A stretch of 64,000 nt of DNA from Adineta vaga. Lineage: Eukaryota > Animalia > Rotifera. Below are positions 1 to 12,357 of this stretch, in pieces. The notes beneath the pieces are model-generated. The model saw only the letters and a list, made by a program, of their open reading frames with translations. It did not search any database and was not told where the DNA came from. The stretch covers positions 17,794,001-17,858,000 of the forward strand of contig CP075493.1 of NCBI GenBank assembly GCA_021613535.1, in the 5' to 3' direction. The position numbers were made by a program, and so were the translations under genes. Position 1 is the stretch's first letter; the number at the start of each line of letters is the position of its first letter.

Positions 1-2781
1 TCCACTGTCATCGCAAGTAACAGACAAAAGAACGCAAAAAGGAAAACTTCGCCTTCTGAATCACAGTAACCCAGGTCGACAAAACCGATATTGGATTCCG
101 TCAGTAGAATTTCCGTCGGAAGCAGCAAATTTTATTAGCGTTCTTTTTAGCTATATTTTATTACGGTCTTATGGTCACCAGAACAGTGCTCCTTTCGATT
201 TTTCCAAAAACTATCTACTGTTTTCTTCGTTTCAAAACCCTCTAAAAATGCTCTCTAAAAATGAATTATAATAATTGTATGTAGAGTTCTTCGATCTTCG
301 ACAGTTTCTATAATCCTTATTGTTTAGAACCAATAAACCGCATTTTTTACGGGCTTTCATTTGATATAAAATTCATTATTAACTTTATTTGGAAATATGA
401 CAGAACATCCCTATCAAAATATTTTTTCCAATCTAGTAATACGATAAACAATTACTTATTATTATATATCTATTTGTTCAAGAAATAAATTAGCAAAAAG
501 ATCAGATATTGTTGTATTGATTAAATCTCGATTCATCGTTGATTATAAAAAGATTCTGTTAAATTAATATTATTTATATATTAGTGAAATATATTAACAA
601 ATGATTGATTAGAAAAACGAGGAGAATCAGTTGGTGGAAAGTCTTATGTATGCTTTTCAGGCGAAAGTATGATATATTCATAATTTGATATAATAGCATT
701 TCCATGATTTATACTTCTATACGAGCAGTTGATTTATTCTATATTCAATCATAGAATTGAGTGGTTTATTAAAAGTTAATCGAATAGACAGTTGACATGA
801 TTTTTGAATAAATTGTAATGGAGAAAAGATAAAACGATAATAATCTTTTTGTATGTCAATAAACAAATATGAAATAAGATCCATTTTTCATTCATCTAAA
901 ATCAATTGATTTGAACAGATCTATAAAATAAATATTAATTTTCTTGGAAAAATTTCATAATAAAAAACTTTCTTTATTTCAATTAATTGTTTATAGAAAT
1001 TCAAAGGTAATCTATGAAATGTTTTCGTGAAACTTTGATATTGAAAGATAGTAAGATCAATGATCAATAGAATTAAGTAGACCATTGACTAAAATGTTGA
1101 GTCATTATTCGATCAAATATTATTTGTAAATTCTCTTAGAGAAAATTATCTTTTAATTAAATTAATTCATTAGAAATCTGAAATAATTTTATTATGATTG
1201 ATGTTGATTATACTCTTCGATCAATCTTTATAAAAAAATAAAAAAACCTTTAAAAAATAATATACGATATGGATTTCTCGATGAAATGCCTCAAGTGACA
1301 AGAAGTAAATTTATGATTTAATAATAAAAATAAAATAAACTTCGAATCTAAACTTTATCTCATTTGAAATCTTCGTATTATAAGAATAAGTCATTTTTTA
1401 TTTATCAAATAAATTGAATCTATTTTTTGAAATTCATCTGATTCAATTTCATATATAGAGATAAAATATTTATCTGTTGAAACGAGTATCATATGTGATA
1501 TTAGTTTATATAGTTATTGAAGAAATTATTGTTTAATAACATGTTCATATTAAAATAAATAAGTAATAGAAGAAAAAGAGAAATATCTTATCTGTCAAAT
1601 AAATAATTTCTTCATAGAAAACTATAAGCGTTTTGTTTCATTTGAAGAAATGGAAAGAAAATCAGATATGACAAATATATAATTGATGGAATTTTAAATC
1701 ATTTACAGATATTATAAATTAAATGTAAAATTAGATCTCAGTTTTTATTAAGTAAAAAGAAGTTCAATGATTTTTTTTAAAAAAGAACGATCTATAATAC
1801 TAATTAGATAAATATCATCAGCAACAAATTCATTTTGAATAAAACAATAAAATTAATGATATGAATAATCAGTTTATAATCTAATTTTGATTCTTTAACA
1901 AAAAATAAAATGTAATTATATATGAAAATTAAGAATTGATTCAATTCATTGAATTAAATTTAAAAATAACTATTGTTTCTATTTGTAATAAATATTCTTT
2001 TTTTGAAAAAGATCAGTTGGAAAATTATTTTGATATTTTGTTAAATAAAACATTTTTTAAATATTAATCTTGTTTTGTCTCTGATATTCATTCATTATGA
2101 AAATAGTTGAACAGATTTAATTTTTATTTTACTTTTCAAAAGTTAATTCTATAAAAATAATAATAAATTTTAAAAGATCTTAATATAAAATAAACTTTGA
2201 TATACAATGAAATTCTTTATAGAATTTTTCTTTTTTCAAGATTCGAAAAATAAAATAAAATATCTGAAATTGAATACTTGATTTTCTATTTCTATGAGTA
2301 AATCATTTTTATTAAAAATCTTGAAATATACGATATGATAATCACAAAAAGATGCTATGACGTCATAGATTTTTTTTAGAAAGAAATCCTAAAACTATTT
2401 GTCTAAAATATCAATTCGATTAATCTTTTTATTCTCATAGTTAATATTGAAATACTTTGATGATTTTAGAGTAATCAATAAAGTTTTTTGACAAATATTT
2501 AATTGAGTACAATTGATAAAAAAGAAAGCATGACGCATTCATTCATTCTTTCGTCTCTTTTATTCGATATGAAAAAAAATTCTGTTGATACTATAAAATT
2601 TTGTGGTTTCTTTTCTTCTCAATCAAACGTTTTGCATAGATATAAAATGAGATGAGAAAAAAAAGTCAGAATAAGCTTTTAATTTTTGAAATATCATGTA
2701 TTTATGAAAAGAAGGTTTCTCTATGTTTTTATTTTCAGTTCATATTTGATTAAATTACAATTTTTGTAACATTTATTATAA

Positions 2782-3465
2782 ATGGATTGTAAGTTATCAA
2801 AAGAATCTATCATGGAATTGCAATTAATTCCATCGAAAATAATTACTGATGAAAGTCTTTGTCCATGTTGTAAACAACAAATTATTCAACATCGAAATGG
2901 ACAACGTAAAAGAATTTATTTCGAAAGATTTTTATCAATTGATTAAAAGTTTTGAAAATTTCTTCTAGGAATCGGTCGAATTCCGTTTACTCGTCACAAT
3001 ATTTTACCTCGAATAAAACGTGCCTCTCGAAAAAATGCATCCGTTGGAATAATTGTGACAACTGTTGTTGCAATTGTTATCTTTATGCTTAGTTCTTATA
3101 CTAATTACTTAGTTTCTATTCGTGGTGATAAAGATAAAAATTTATCTAATTTTGTAAAAATTCATCGGCAAAATATCTCTAATACAAACTGTTCGGAAAA
3201 CAAAAGCAATTCTTTAAAAGGTTCTTTCTTTTCTCGTTGGAAATTCATGAATAATGAACTCAATCGAAAACTTCGAAATCAAAGAATTCAATTTTTTATC
3301 CTTTCATCTATTCTTTTCTTTATATTAATCATTATAATCATAGTATTCATTTACCTATGTTTATTCAAATTTATCAAATATTTAAAAAATCGAAAAAACT
3401 CAAATGACATACAAGGAATTCCAATTCCAATAACTATATTGAATTGCATGGGAACACAGATATAA
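2782..3465 (+). CDS. Two-exon hypothetical membrane protein (two hydrophobic segments)
   Basis: ATG at 2782 (MDCKLSKESIMELQ...CPCCKQQ), GT-AG intron ~2906-2968, then joins ORF 3055..3465, which has hydrophobic stretches VVAIVIFMLSSY and FFILSSILFFILIIIIIVFIYLCLF. Confidence 0.55.
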
Positions 3466-3671
3466 ATTTACTTAGAAAACATAAATACTTCTTCAATAAG
3501 AAATTAATTAAGAAAAAAAAACTTAATATATCAATAACATTCTTTTTTTATATTTTATTTTTGTTTTTACAATAATAAAATATGAAACTATCAAAATTTA
3601 ATTCATTAATTCATTCGAATGAATTTCATCAGATTTTAATCAAAATTTTAATAGAAAAATACTTTCTTTTC

Positions 3672-4042
3672 GTATATGTTACAGGGGAAATTAAAATTAT
3701 GTTGTTTTCTCCTACATTCTGTAAGAAAACTATTAGGATTTTAACTTGCACGATCTTGTGAATGAGATTGAAAGTGAAATTAATGGTAAGAATGAACGTG
3801 TAAGTCAGAATAAAGGTGAAACGACCTCCTACACCCTCACCTTCATGCTCAGCTTTATCTTCATCTCCTCATCCACACTTACACCAACACCCACACTTTC
3901 ACTCTTAGGACTCTGGAAGTCAAAATTCTGATCATTTTCTAACAGAATGTAGGAAAAACCAAAATAATTTTAGTTTGCCCTGGGGGAGATTAAAATTTTA
4001 ATTTCCCCTTACAGGAATTTTAAATTGCCCTGTCACATATAC
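3672..4042. mobile_element. MITE (~370 bp non-autonomous TIR element)
   Basis: Imperfect terminal inverted repeats GTATATGTTACAGGGGAAATTAAAATT / AATTTTAAATTGCCCTGTCACATATAC, plus internal inverted matches (CCTACATTCTG / CAGAATGTAGG). No credible ORF. Confidence 0.7.
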
Positions 4043-4600
4043 ATGAGTTTATACATAATGAGACATTTTATTCTGTTTTCACTATCATATAAATTACTTT
4101 TTGCATCGCATGATGTTTCTTCAAATAGAAAGTTTAGATTTTCTTTGTTACTTCATTTTTTCATAGCAATCAGCGCAACACATATATATGCAAGAACAAG
4201 TTGAACAAATCCAATAAGACAATCTTCAATTGTACAAAAATTAAAATAGATAATTATGATCATTTCTTATATTACATAAATTAGAAGAAAATATTAATTA
4301 TTTAAATGATTTGATAATTATTCTTGGAGATAATATCAGAATTTGAAAAGATTATTCAGTCTACCTACGTATTTGAAATAATTGTATTAAAAGAATATCT
4401 TAAATCAACTTTGAAGATTGATTTGGTTTTTTTCTGACCGTTAGATGATTCATAGATATATAAATAAGATTTGTCCAATAATTACCTCACATCTTTTTTC
4501 TTAAAAAAAAACGTATTTCAAAATAATAATGAGAAAATTTATTATTTATACAAAGTCAAACGACATTGATTTGATTTAAATATTTTTATAGAAGTTAATA

Positions 4601-4846
4601 TTAAACACAACAATAGAATTTGACACCTATCCAACAATATGCTCCATCTCCAAATTTACTTGTTTCCATATTTGTAGTGTGTGTTGGACAACCAGAACCA
4701 ATAAAACAAAATGGTGCATATCCTTGCCAGAAACATACTTGACCAGATGGTTCAGAATAAAGTCGAAATTTTTCTGCATTACAAAAGAAATTCTTATATT
4801 CAATTATAATTATCAATAAAAGAAGATAATGTGCACAACGCATCAC
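4601..4846 (-). CDS. Small secreted cysteine-rich protein
   Basis: 81 aa with a hydrophobic N-terminus and a six-Cys module C-x-W-x-G-x-APFC...C...GDG-x-x-C-x-x-G-x-K-x-x-CC. No intron in the CDS. Confidence 0.7.
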   Translation of the reverse strand: MMRCAHYLLLLIIIIEYKNFFCNAEKFRLYSEPSGQVCFWQGYAPFCFIGSGCPTHTTNMETSKFGDGAYCWIGVKFYCCV

Positions 4847-5582
4847 TACAATTCGTATCTAAAATTGCAAAAAAATCTAAATCACTTTTTAATCAACAAA
4901 ATCTTAACGAGAATATAGAATTATAAAGTAAAATAGTTAAGAAGTTAAATTTATTAGATAGTATTTAATATAAAACGTTCAAACAACGTGAAATTCTAAT
5001 GATTTATCAGATAAATATAATGATAATATTAAAAATAAAAGTAAATAGAAAATACTAATAAATAATATATTATTTATCTCTGATAACATGTGATTCTGAT
5101 CGCAATAAATACACATAACATCTCTTTGACTCTATTCTGTCTTCAAATTAACTATTCTCTGGATGTTCTCTACTAGAGATAAGTAGAAGTCTTTTTATGT
5201 ATACATATATATTATTCAGAACGAATAAAAATACAAATAGACATAAGAAGAAGAAGAAGAGGAAAGAAAAAGATATCGAATAAGTTATATGTTGATGCAA
5301 CAAGAATAAAGAATATCTCTAACTCGATGTATTATCAATCAATCAATTTTGTTATGTATCAACACTAAACGTCTTGATAGCATGTCAAGAAAAAGGACAT
5401 TTCTCAATTACTATTACTAAAGTCAACATTTTGGCTCTTTTGTATTGTAACATAGGAAAAAAAGACAATCGAGATTTATTTTATTTATTTTAATAGAGTT
5501 TGTTATATCGATATGTTTTGTCTCTCGACATAATAATTTATGAACGATAAATAAAAATATCAAAGATCTTGATTGGGAAATA

Positions 5583-8011
5583 AAATTGCAGTTGTTGGTG
5601 TTTGCATTGAAGATACAATCGGTCTTAATGGAGTTCCCTCCTACAAATACTCATAAAAATGAATTTTGATAGAGAATAAAAGATATTCAAAAATTACCTT
5701 ATGTGGTTTTGGAATAAAATATAGACAGGCGATCTCGACGTTAGCTCGTTTTGGTATCATTTTTTCTAATTGCCATGCAAGAATTTGTTTTTTCGAACGA
5801 AGATCATTGAGCAGTTTAACAACTTTGTCAAAAACTGACCATAATGGATCATCTTCTAATTCGACATATGCTCCAGTTCTTTGTCGATAAACATTTACTT
5901 TTTCTTCATAATCTTTCGCATCACCGAGTGAAATACACCACTCTTATCGGTTACACGAAGAATTTGATTATTTTTTTCCAAACGATATTGAATTGACCGA
6001 ATTAGTTTAAGTTCTTTTCGTGCGCGATGTGTATCAATATAAGATATTGGAGCCATGTATTGTTCGCATAAATAACTTGCTAATTGATGAGATAACTGTT
6101 TAATAACTGTGGATGTAGGTTTCATATGATGACTACGCATAAGATAAGGAACAATGACATCAAGAATGTTGTTATATTCTCGTTCGATTTGTTTTTTCCG
6201 ACGTTCATAACAATGAAGGTAACTTTGATTTGGTCGAATATAACTAGGACCTTTTCGAAAATACAAACATACAACAGACTCATTGTCTTTTCAAGAGAAT
6301 GAAAAATAAAATTGATTATAATTATATACATACCGTTTTGTGAAAGATATTCTAATTGAGTACGATTCAATGCTATTTTTTTAACATCAACAATAGTCTG
6401 AGGATAGACATTGATAATATTTTGCGGTAAGAATGATTGTTGATGACGACGACGATGCCGTGTTAATTTTACATGAAGACATGCTTCTTTGAAACGTATT
6501 TTACGCATAAGTTTTTGTGTATAATGATTTAAATAAGATTGCAGAAAATACATTAAGATATTGATTTGATGTTTATAATTAGATGAACTTGGATTCTGAA
6601 TCTGATACTGAAGACTGATGAGATCTTCTTGATATAAATGTTCATAATCTTGAATTTGTTGTTCATATTCTCGTAATTTAGCATCTAATGTAACTCTTTT
6701 GAGTTCTTGTAACATTTTATAACGTCTTTTTGTTAGTTGTTGCAGATCAACATTAGATATGACAGTATCGAGAGATTCTGGTAATTGATGACATAGAACT
6801 CGTTGTTCAAACATTGTTAATTCTTCAAATACTTCCAGTTGTTTTTGTCGAATACTAGTTAAGCGAGTGATTACTTGAAACTAAAGAAACATGGAAAGAA
6901 TGATAGAAATAAATCAACAGATAACACTTACCTGATCAGTATTTAAGTAATAGTAAGATAATTGTTTAAAAAGTTCTTTTTCATGTATTTCATCTTTGAA
7001 TTTGTGCACTTGATAACGAACTGTTCGCATCAGATCTATATGATGTAAACGAACAAATTCTTTCAATTGTAGATCGATGATTTCCAACAAAGATAGTGAA
7101 GACGGACAAGTTAAGGATTGATCTGTTAATTCAGTTGTACATTTATCAACTTTATCTCGTTATAATAATAAGTAATCTTTGAGATATTTTTGAATGACAC
7201 CAAATTCAGATGTTTGCATAATCTTGAGAATATCTTCCTTTTTTTTTTTTGAAAAACCATAGACAATTAAAAGTTGAATATATATATATATAAATATGTC
7301 TTGAATACTTACAGGCCAAATATAAAATCTGGAGCCGCAATCGACATAAGTCTGATAAAGATACCGAATTTGGTCAATACAAAATTGCGGGTCGAGGAGT
7401 TGAAGATGTTCTAAGATGAAGTGTTGTTCTTTTCTCTTATTGATTTTATGGTTTAATTGTAAGCGTAACAAATGTAGAAGTAATTTTCGTGGCCTTAAAT
7501 ACTTCGATGACTTGTATAATATGATAGTATTATTATTATTATTATTATTATTATCGGAACTATCGTCATTATGATTATTAGATGAATTTGTATGTTGACT
7601 TGACTTCTTTTTCTTCTTAGACGCATTTTGATGAGATAGTGATAATTGACTGAGTGATTTCATCGAAATAGATATAAGATTTTGTTGAGATTGATCTCTC
7701 TTGCGTTTCGTCGATTGTTTGAGATGATCATTTATAGTCGAATGATCATTTGGAAGTTGTTCGGATATTGTATCATGTTTTGTTTGAATTAAAGTTATGA
7801 TTTGTTCTTCAGTTAGACCACGAGTTCGACATTTTCGTTTGAAATGTTGTAACTTCCGATTTCCATGGCATCTTTTGCTGTTAGTCTTCATTTTTTCGTT
7901 GCATATAATAAACGGTTGTGTTTCATGTATAAATGTGCTTGAATGAGGAATGATATTCTCTATCAAATGAGAAAAAGAATGTTGATTATTATCACTCTCA
8001 CAGTTGTCCAT
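5583..8011 (-). pseudogene. Athena-like reverse transcriptase gene with introns, frameshifted and 3'-truncated
   Basis: Spliced reading through ORFs 7160..8011, 6122..6814 and 5895..6266 gives the PLE motifs LRVTDKSG and LYFIPKPHK / intron ~5641-5698 / EGTPLRPIVSS. Frameshift near 5925 (GVFH/LGDAKDY). Homology stops right after RPIVSSMQTPTTAI, so the catalytic palm is absent. Confidence 0.85.
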
Positions 8012-8164
8012 AATTTATCAGTAGGATTAGTCAAGTAAACACATATATATATTAATTCTATCTAGAATATAAAATAAATATGATTAAAAAAAGATAGTTT
8101 CATGACTTTTCAATTATAGACAATAAAAAATAGAATTTATTTCAAGAGAAGATAACTGATACAT

Positions 8165-10050
8165 TCATGATGATAGTTTATTTTTAATCTGTTCATATAC
8201 GACAATATCAACACCAGGCATGGTTGATGATGGAACAATCGCTGCGGTTGTACGTCCAGCTGTTGATGGATATGATGGTGAGAAAACTGCACGGAAAAAT
8301 GGCGAACTATCCGGAGATTTATATCGAGGAACTTTAAAATAATTTGAACAAGCTGAAAAAATTGGGACCAATTTGTTTTGTTTGATATCCATTTCTATGA
8401 TAAAACATTCAGATATAATATCATCTATTTCCAAGTCATTTACTAGCTGAACGGAGCTTATCGATGGATCATGAATTGTAGGATTGAGCCATTTATTTTC
8501 TATGACGAGAGTATATTTATATCTAAAATATAAATGTATACAGATATATGACATGCTTTCAGCAACAGAATGATGTTTCAAATCTTTATGGTATATAATG
8601 CAAAAACGAAACAAGAGAGAAAGAGATACAATACAAAAGACAGTAGTTAACACAACACACACACATAGAATACTATAAAGTCTACAGAATCATTTGAGCT
8701 GATGTTGGAATCATTCTTTGTCAGATTCATTTATGATCGACATGTACTTGATACATCTTGATAATGATGCAATATCAGGTAGTAGAAGAGATGGATCTGA
8801 CTCTGGTATATTGAATGTAACCGTTCGACGTTGTGATCGTCGATTTGGATCCTTGAGTATCGGTGTTGATGCTCGTGGTGTTGGTACAATTAAAGTCGGT
8901 CGTATTGGTGATGGTAAATTAGAAAATTGTTCAGCTTGCGTGGATGGTATCACACCATTACAGAAGTCCATAGGTTCTATACATTTGTTGCTCTCTGATT
9001 TGTAGTAGAAAAATAAACCATTTTCATCTGAAATATATATTTGTAAGCGTCTTACTGTTTGGATTCTTATTGTCACAGGCAGAGGCAAATGAATTCATCG
9101 AAGCCATTTGTAGACAAACGTAATTCAAATACGATAATTGAAAGAATGAAATTGATGGTAGTTTAGATCTGAAATGAAACAAACTAGATTGTTTGATACG
9201 TTCTGTTTCGATTCTTTTCTTTTTGTTTTATTAATAGCAAAATTTATTTTAGAAAGAAAGTTGTTACATTAACTTGAATGAGCAAAATAAACACATGGAA
9301 TAAAAGATGATTTTCGATAGGTTCATGATGACGAGTGTTCATTGTGAATCAGTAAAGATGTAACTTTCAAAAAAATTCCAATCATCTAATTCCAATCGTG
9401 CTCCGTACCATATTTCTTCAGTTGGTTCAGTTTCCGAGCTTATATGTTGATTTGATGGATCATCTTCTTTTCCTTTTTGGTTTTCTGGTGGTGTTAATGG
9501 AATATCTGTTTGATAAGTAGCACCTATCGCTTCACTATAACTAATACCATAGTCTTCTATCTATAAATAATGATTGAAATGACAAAAGTATATTTTTGTA
9601 CAGATTTCTTTTTCTTTTTCTTTTTTAATGTTGACTATTGCATATGAATTACCTTACAACGTTGAATTCGAACATAACATCGGAGAAAAATCAATTAAAT
9701 TTAGATCTGTGTTAGTTTCTAGAGTGTGTTGAATATTATTGATTTCCTTTTGATCGTTTGCCATAGGTAGTTTTGTATCATCAGTAGTTGGCAATGGAAG
9801 AAGTTTCTAATAAAAAATGAAACACATATCATGACGACTGGATGGATTTCGACTTATACATTTACTTGTTCGATTTGGTGGTGCTGCTGCTGTTGTTGTT
9901 CTTTGATATCATCTGAAATAGAAAGAAGAAGATCAAATTTGTGATCTTAATGGAAAGTAAAATAATTTCTGATTCGTATTACTTTCATTTTGACATCCTT
10001 CTTTAACAGTGGTAGTAGTCGTTTTTCGAAGCACATGAGTAGACATGTTT
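8165..10050 (-). pseudogene. Multi-exon ORF(s) of unknown function inside the Terminon array
   Basis: ORFs 8165..8662 and 8711..9088 plus short exon-like blocks at 9.3-10.0 kb bounded by GT/AG. Some in-frame stops. Co-oriented with the neighbouring RT and exonuclease. Confidence 0.4.
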
Positions 10051-10320
10051 TCTCGAAGATTATCTACAATCAGAAAAGGAGAATATTGAACAAATACAAA
10101 TCTAAATAATCGGTTCATCAAGTTTTTTTTTGTTTTTTGGGAAAATTTCAACAAAAAAGACAAATAAATGAACTAAGACATAAATACACATAAACACAAA
10201 AAGAAAAAACGAACAAGTACGCGGATAGCCTTTGATGTTTCATTGGCTGATCGATTCTGAAAGAGAAAGAGATTCACTAGTGTAAATGTTCCAATAAGCC
10301 TATATCTCTTACAATTTGAA

Positions 10321-11130
10321 TTATTTGCTTTTGTTGTAATTGTCGAGTTGCTCTTTTGTCCAGTCGAATTCGATCAACATTCGTAATTTGGTGACAGCCA
10401 AACAATCATAGACTGCATATTGAATAAGTGCTGCACAAAGCTTCTTTTGTTTTTCATTGTTACCTACGAGTTGTCGACGCCACTTACTATTCGTATGGCT
10501 TTTATCGAGGAATTCATTGAAGGCATAAGCAATCGCTTTCTGAAGTGACCATTGATGTTTCTTTTCCTTTATCGGTCGATGTTTGCATGCACACAACGTG
10601 TGATCATCTTCATATGGTGGAAGACCACAATCATGAACGAAAACTTTGTTATACCATATTTTGAAAGCATGTTGTACATCGATGTTACTGATTGCATGAA
10701 GAACTGGCCAGGAAATTAGGTCATAATGCATAAATCGACGTAATTCTTGTATAATATTACCCCACGAAAGAATGACATGAGATGAATTGAAAATCACTCC
10801 AAGAAGTGATTTTATCAACCATAATGTAAGTGTTGATGGTTCAGGTAGATGACATGTTTCGATTAGAAGAATAACTGAATGTTTTCGTATGAATTCAATT
10901 TGAATTAATGCTGCTTCTTTTACGTAATAATCGTGTTCGGTGTCGATCGTATATTTTGTTGTATTTCTTGCTAGTTCGATAAGATAATGTAATACGGATG
11001 GATCAGTTTTTCGATTGATACGATGCACTCGCCAAGAATTCAATGGAACGAATGATGGTAAAATACTAAGTTGTAAATTTAAGAGACGTTTACGTTCAAA
11101 TGATGATAGATTTGGATTTGATTGCAACAT
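10321..11130 (-). CDS. DEDDy-type 3'-5' exonuclease (Terminon accessory ORF)
   Basis: ExoI-like YTIDTE, LIQIEF, SLQKAIAYAF...LDKS...SKW, and ExoIII YAVYDCLAV. DEDDy ORFs are an established component of bdelloid Terminons. Confidence 0.8.
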   Translation of the reverse strand: MLQSNPNLSSFERKRLLNLQLSILPSFVPLNSWRVHRINRKTDPSVLHYLIELARNTTKYTIDTEHDYYVKEAALIQIEFIRKHSVILLIETCHLPEPSTLTLWLIKSLLGVIFNSSHVILSWGNIIQELRRFMHYDLISWPVLHAISNIDVQHAFKIWYNKVFVHDCGLPPYEDDHTLCACKHRPIKEKKHQWSLQKAIAYAFNEFLDKSHTNSKWRRQLVGNNEKQKKLCAALIQYAVYDCLAVTKLRMLIEFDWTKEQLDNYNKSK

Positions 11131-11402
11131 ATTATTTATGTATGTCGACTTGAAATAAGATCAGGTTTGAAATGTTAGATAAGATTGTGATATTTGTATA
11201 GAATGTAGATGTAAGTATATCTAAAACAAGACATAAAAATCGATTAGAGAATGTTATACGTATACTGGAAAGAAAGTTTAGATGATTTATTTTTCAATTA
11301 TCAATTGGTTGTTTTATATTACAATGATACAATATCTTATAGAAACAATCGAACCGAAAGAGAAAGAGAAAAAGTAATACAATTTAGAAATATGTAACAT
11401 TG

Positions 11403-11900
11403 TCATTTTCGAGGCGATAATAAGGTGTTGAGTGAATGAATATATTTTGTTGTTAAGATAACTTTGCGGTTGTCAGGAGATAATGTTGGATGATATGCAA
11501 AAGTTGTTGACCATCGATCAAGAAAATCTTGATTGAATTCACATCTTGGACCATAATCATAGATATAATTGAAATGAATTACTTTATTTTTATCATCTAG
11601 TTCTTGTAATTTTTTTGAACGTTCTTGTTTGAAATCAAAGAATTCAAACCATCGTCGACGAAATATATGATAATTTATTTGATCTGAACAATATCGGATG
11701 GATTGTGTTTCGTAATAGTCGAAGAAATGTTGTACATGACTTTCAACAAAGAAAAATGAATAACCATTGACAAGATAGGTTAGTTCGAGATAAAGACGTT
11801 CCTGATGGAAATCTTCTGCTGTTGAACAATAACATACAGCTCGAAGAAGTGCTGATCGAAGAGAATAACTATGTTCTAATTTTGAATGACCATTCACATA
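11403..11900 (-). pseudogene. 5'-truncated C-terminal (thumb/post-RT) domain of an Athena/Penelope-like RT
   Basis: RSALLRAVCYCSTAEDFHQERLYLELTYLVNGY matches the PLE RA..CS....F..E...L...L..NGY pattern. The ORF begins abruptly at a telomeric tract (11901). Confidence 0.75.
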
Positions 11901-12106
11901 TGAGGGTGTGTGGGTGTGAGGGTGAGGGTGAGATTAGTTACCACAAGAATAAAAGGGTGAGGGTGTGAGTAGAATTACCACAAAACTTTTGGTTTTTCAC
12001 TATTATTGATATAGATTATCAAGTGGCATGTATCTGTATAGAAGACTCACGAAGAATCAATACAAAATACTACGAGGGTGAGGGTGTGAGGGTGAGAGGG
12101 TGTGAG
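11901..12106 (+). repeat. Three interstitial telomeric-repeat tracts (TGAGGG / TGTGAGGG / TGTGGG)
   Basis: Tracts at 11901-11932, ~11954-11969 and 12074-12106, G-rich on the + strand, separated by retroelement 3'-end fragments. Confidence 0.85.
11977..12027 (-). ncRNA. Type I hammerhead ribozyme-like fold, U3-A8 core variant (copy B)
   Basis: Minus strand parses as GCCAC|UUGAUAA|U-CUAU..AUAG-U|GAA|AAAC-caaaa-GUUU|U|GUGGU. The base of stem II is a U-U mismatch. Confidence 0.65.
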
Positions 12107-12113
12107 ATTAGTT

Positions 12114-12163
12114 ACCACAAGAATAAAATTCTTTCGAATATACTGTGATTCTTATCAAGTGGC
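12114..12163 (-). ncRNA. Type I hammerhead ribozyme, U3-A8 core variant (copy A)
   Basis: Minus strand parses as GCCAC|UUGAUAA|GAAU-cacaguau-AUUC|GAA|AGAAU-uuu-AUUCU|U|GUGGU. All three stems pair, the triplet is CUU, and it lies 7 nt from C-rich telomeric repeats. Confidence 0.8.
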
Positions 12164-12357
12164 TAGAGTAATAATGGATGTAATGGTTTATCGGAAATTA
12201 AAAAATGATCAATTAGGCGTGCTGTAAGGGTTTTTGTTTTTGAAATTTTTTATTTTGTTTATGAATATAATAAAGATAAAGATGAAAACTGAAGGAGAAT
12301 TATAAGGAGGTAGAGAAAATGAGTTAGTTTTTGAGATTGGATTCGTCAGATGTTCGG

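Noticed and set aside
1-413. Possible right end of a TIR element (ends ...CATCCCTA)
   Set aside because: The partner end would lie outside the window and there is no coding evidence, so it cannot be supported.
3825-3905. CACCCT/CACACC-rich tract resembling reverse telomeric repeats
   Set aside because: Too degenerate and internal to a MITE. No exact tandem units.
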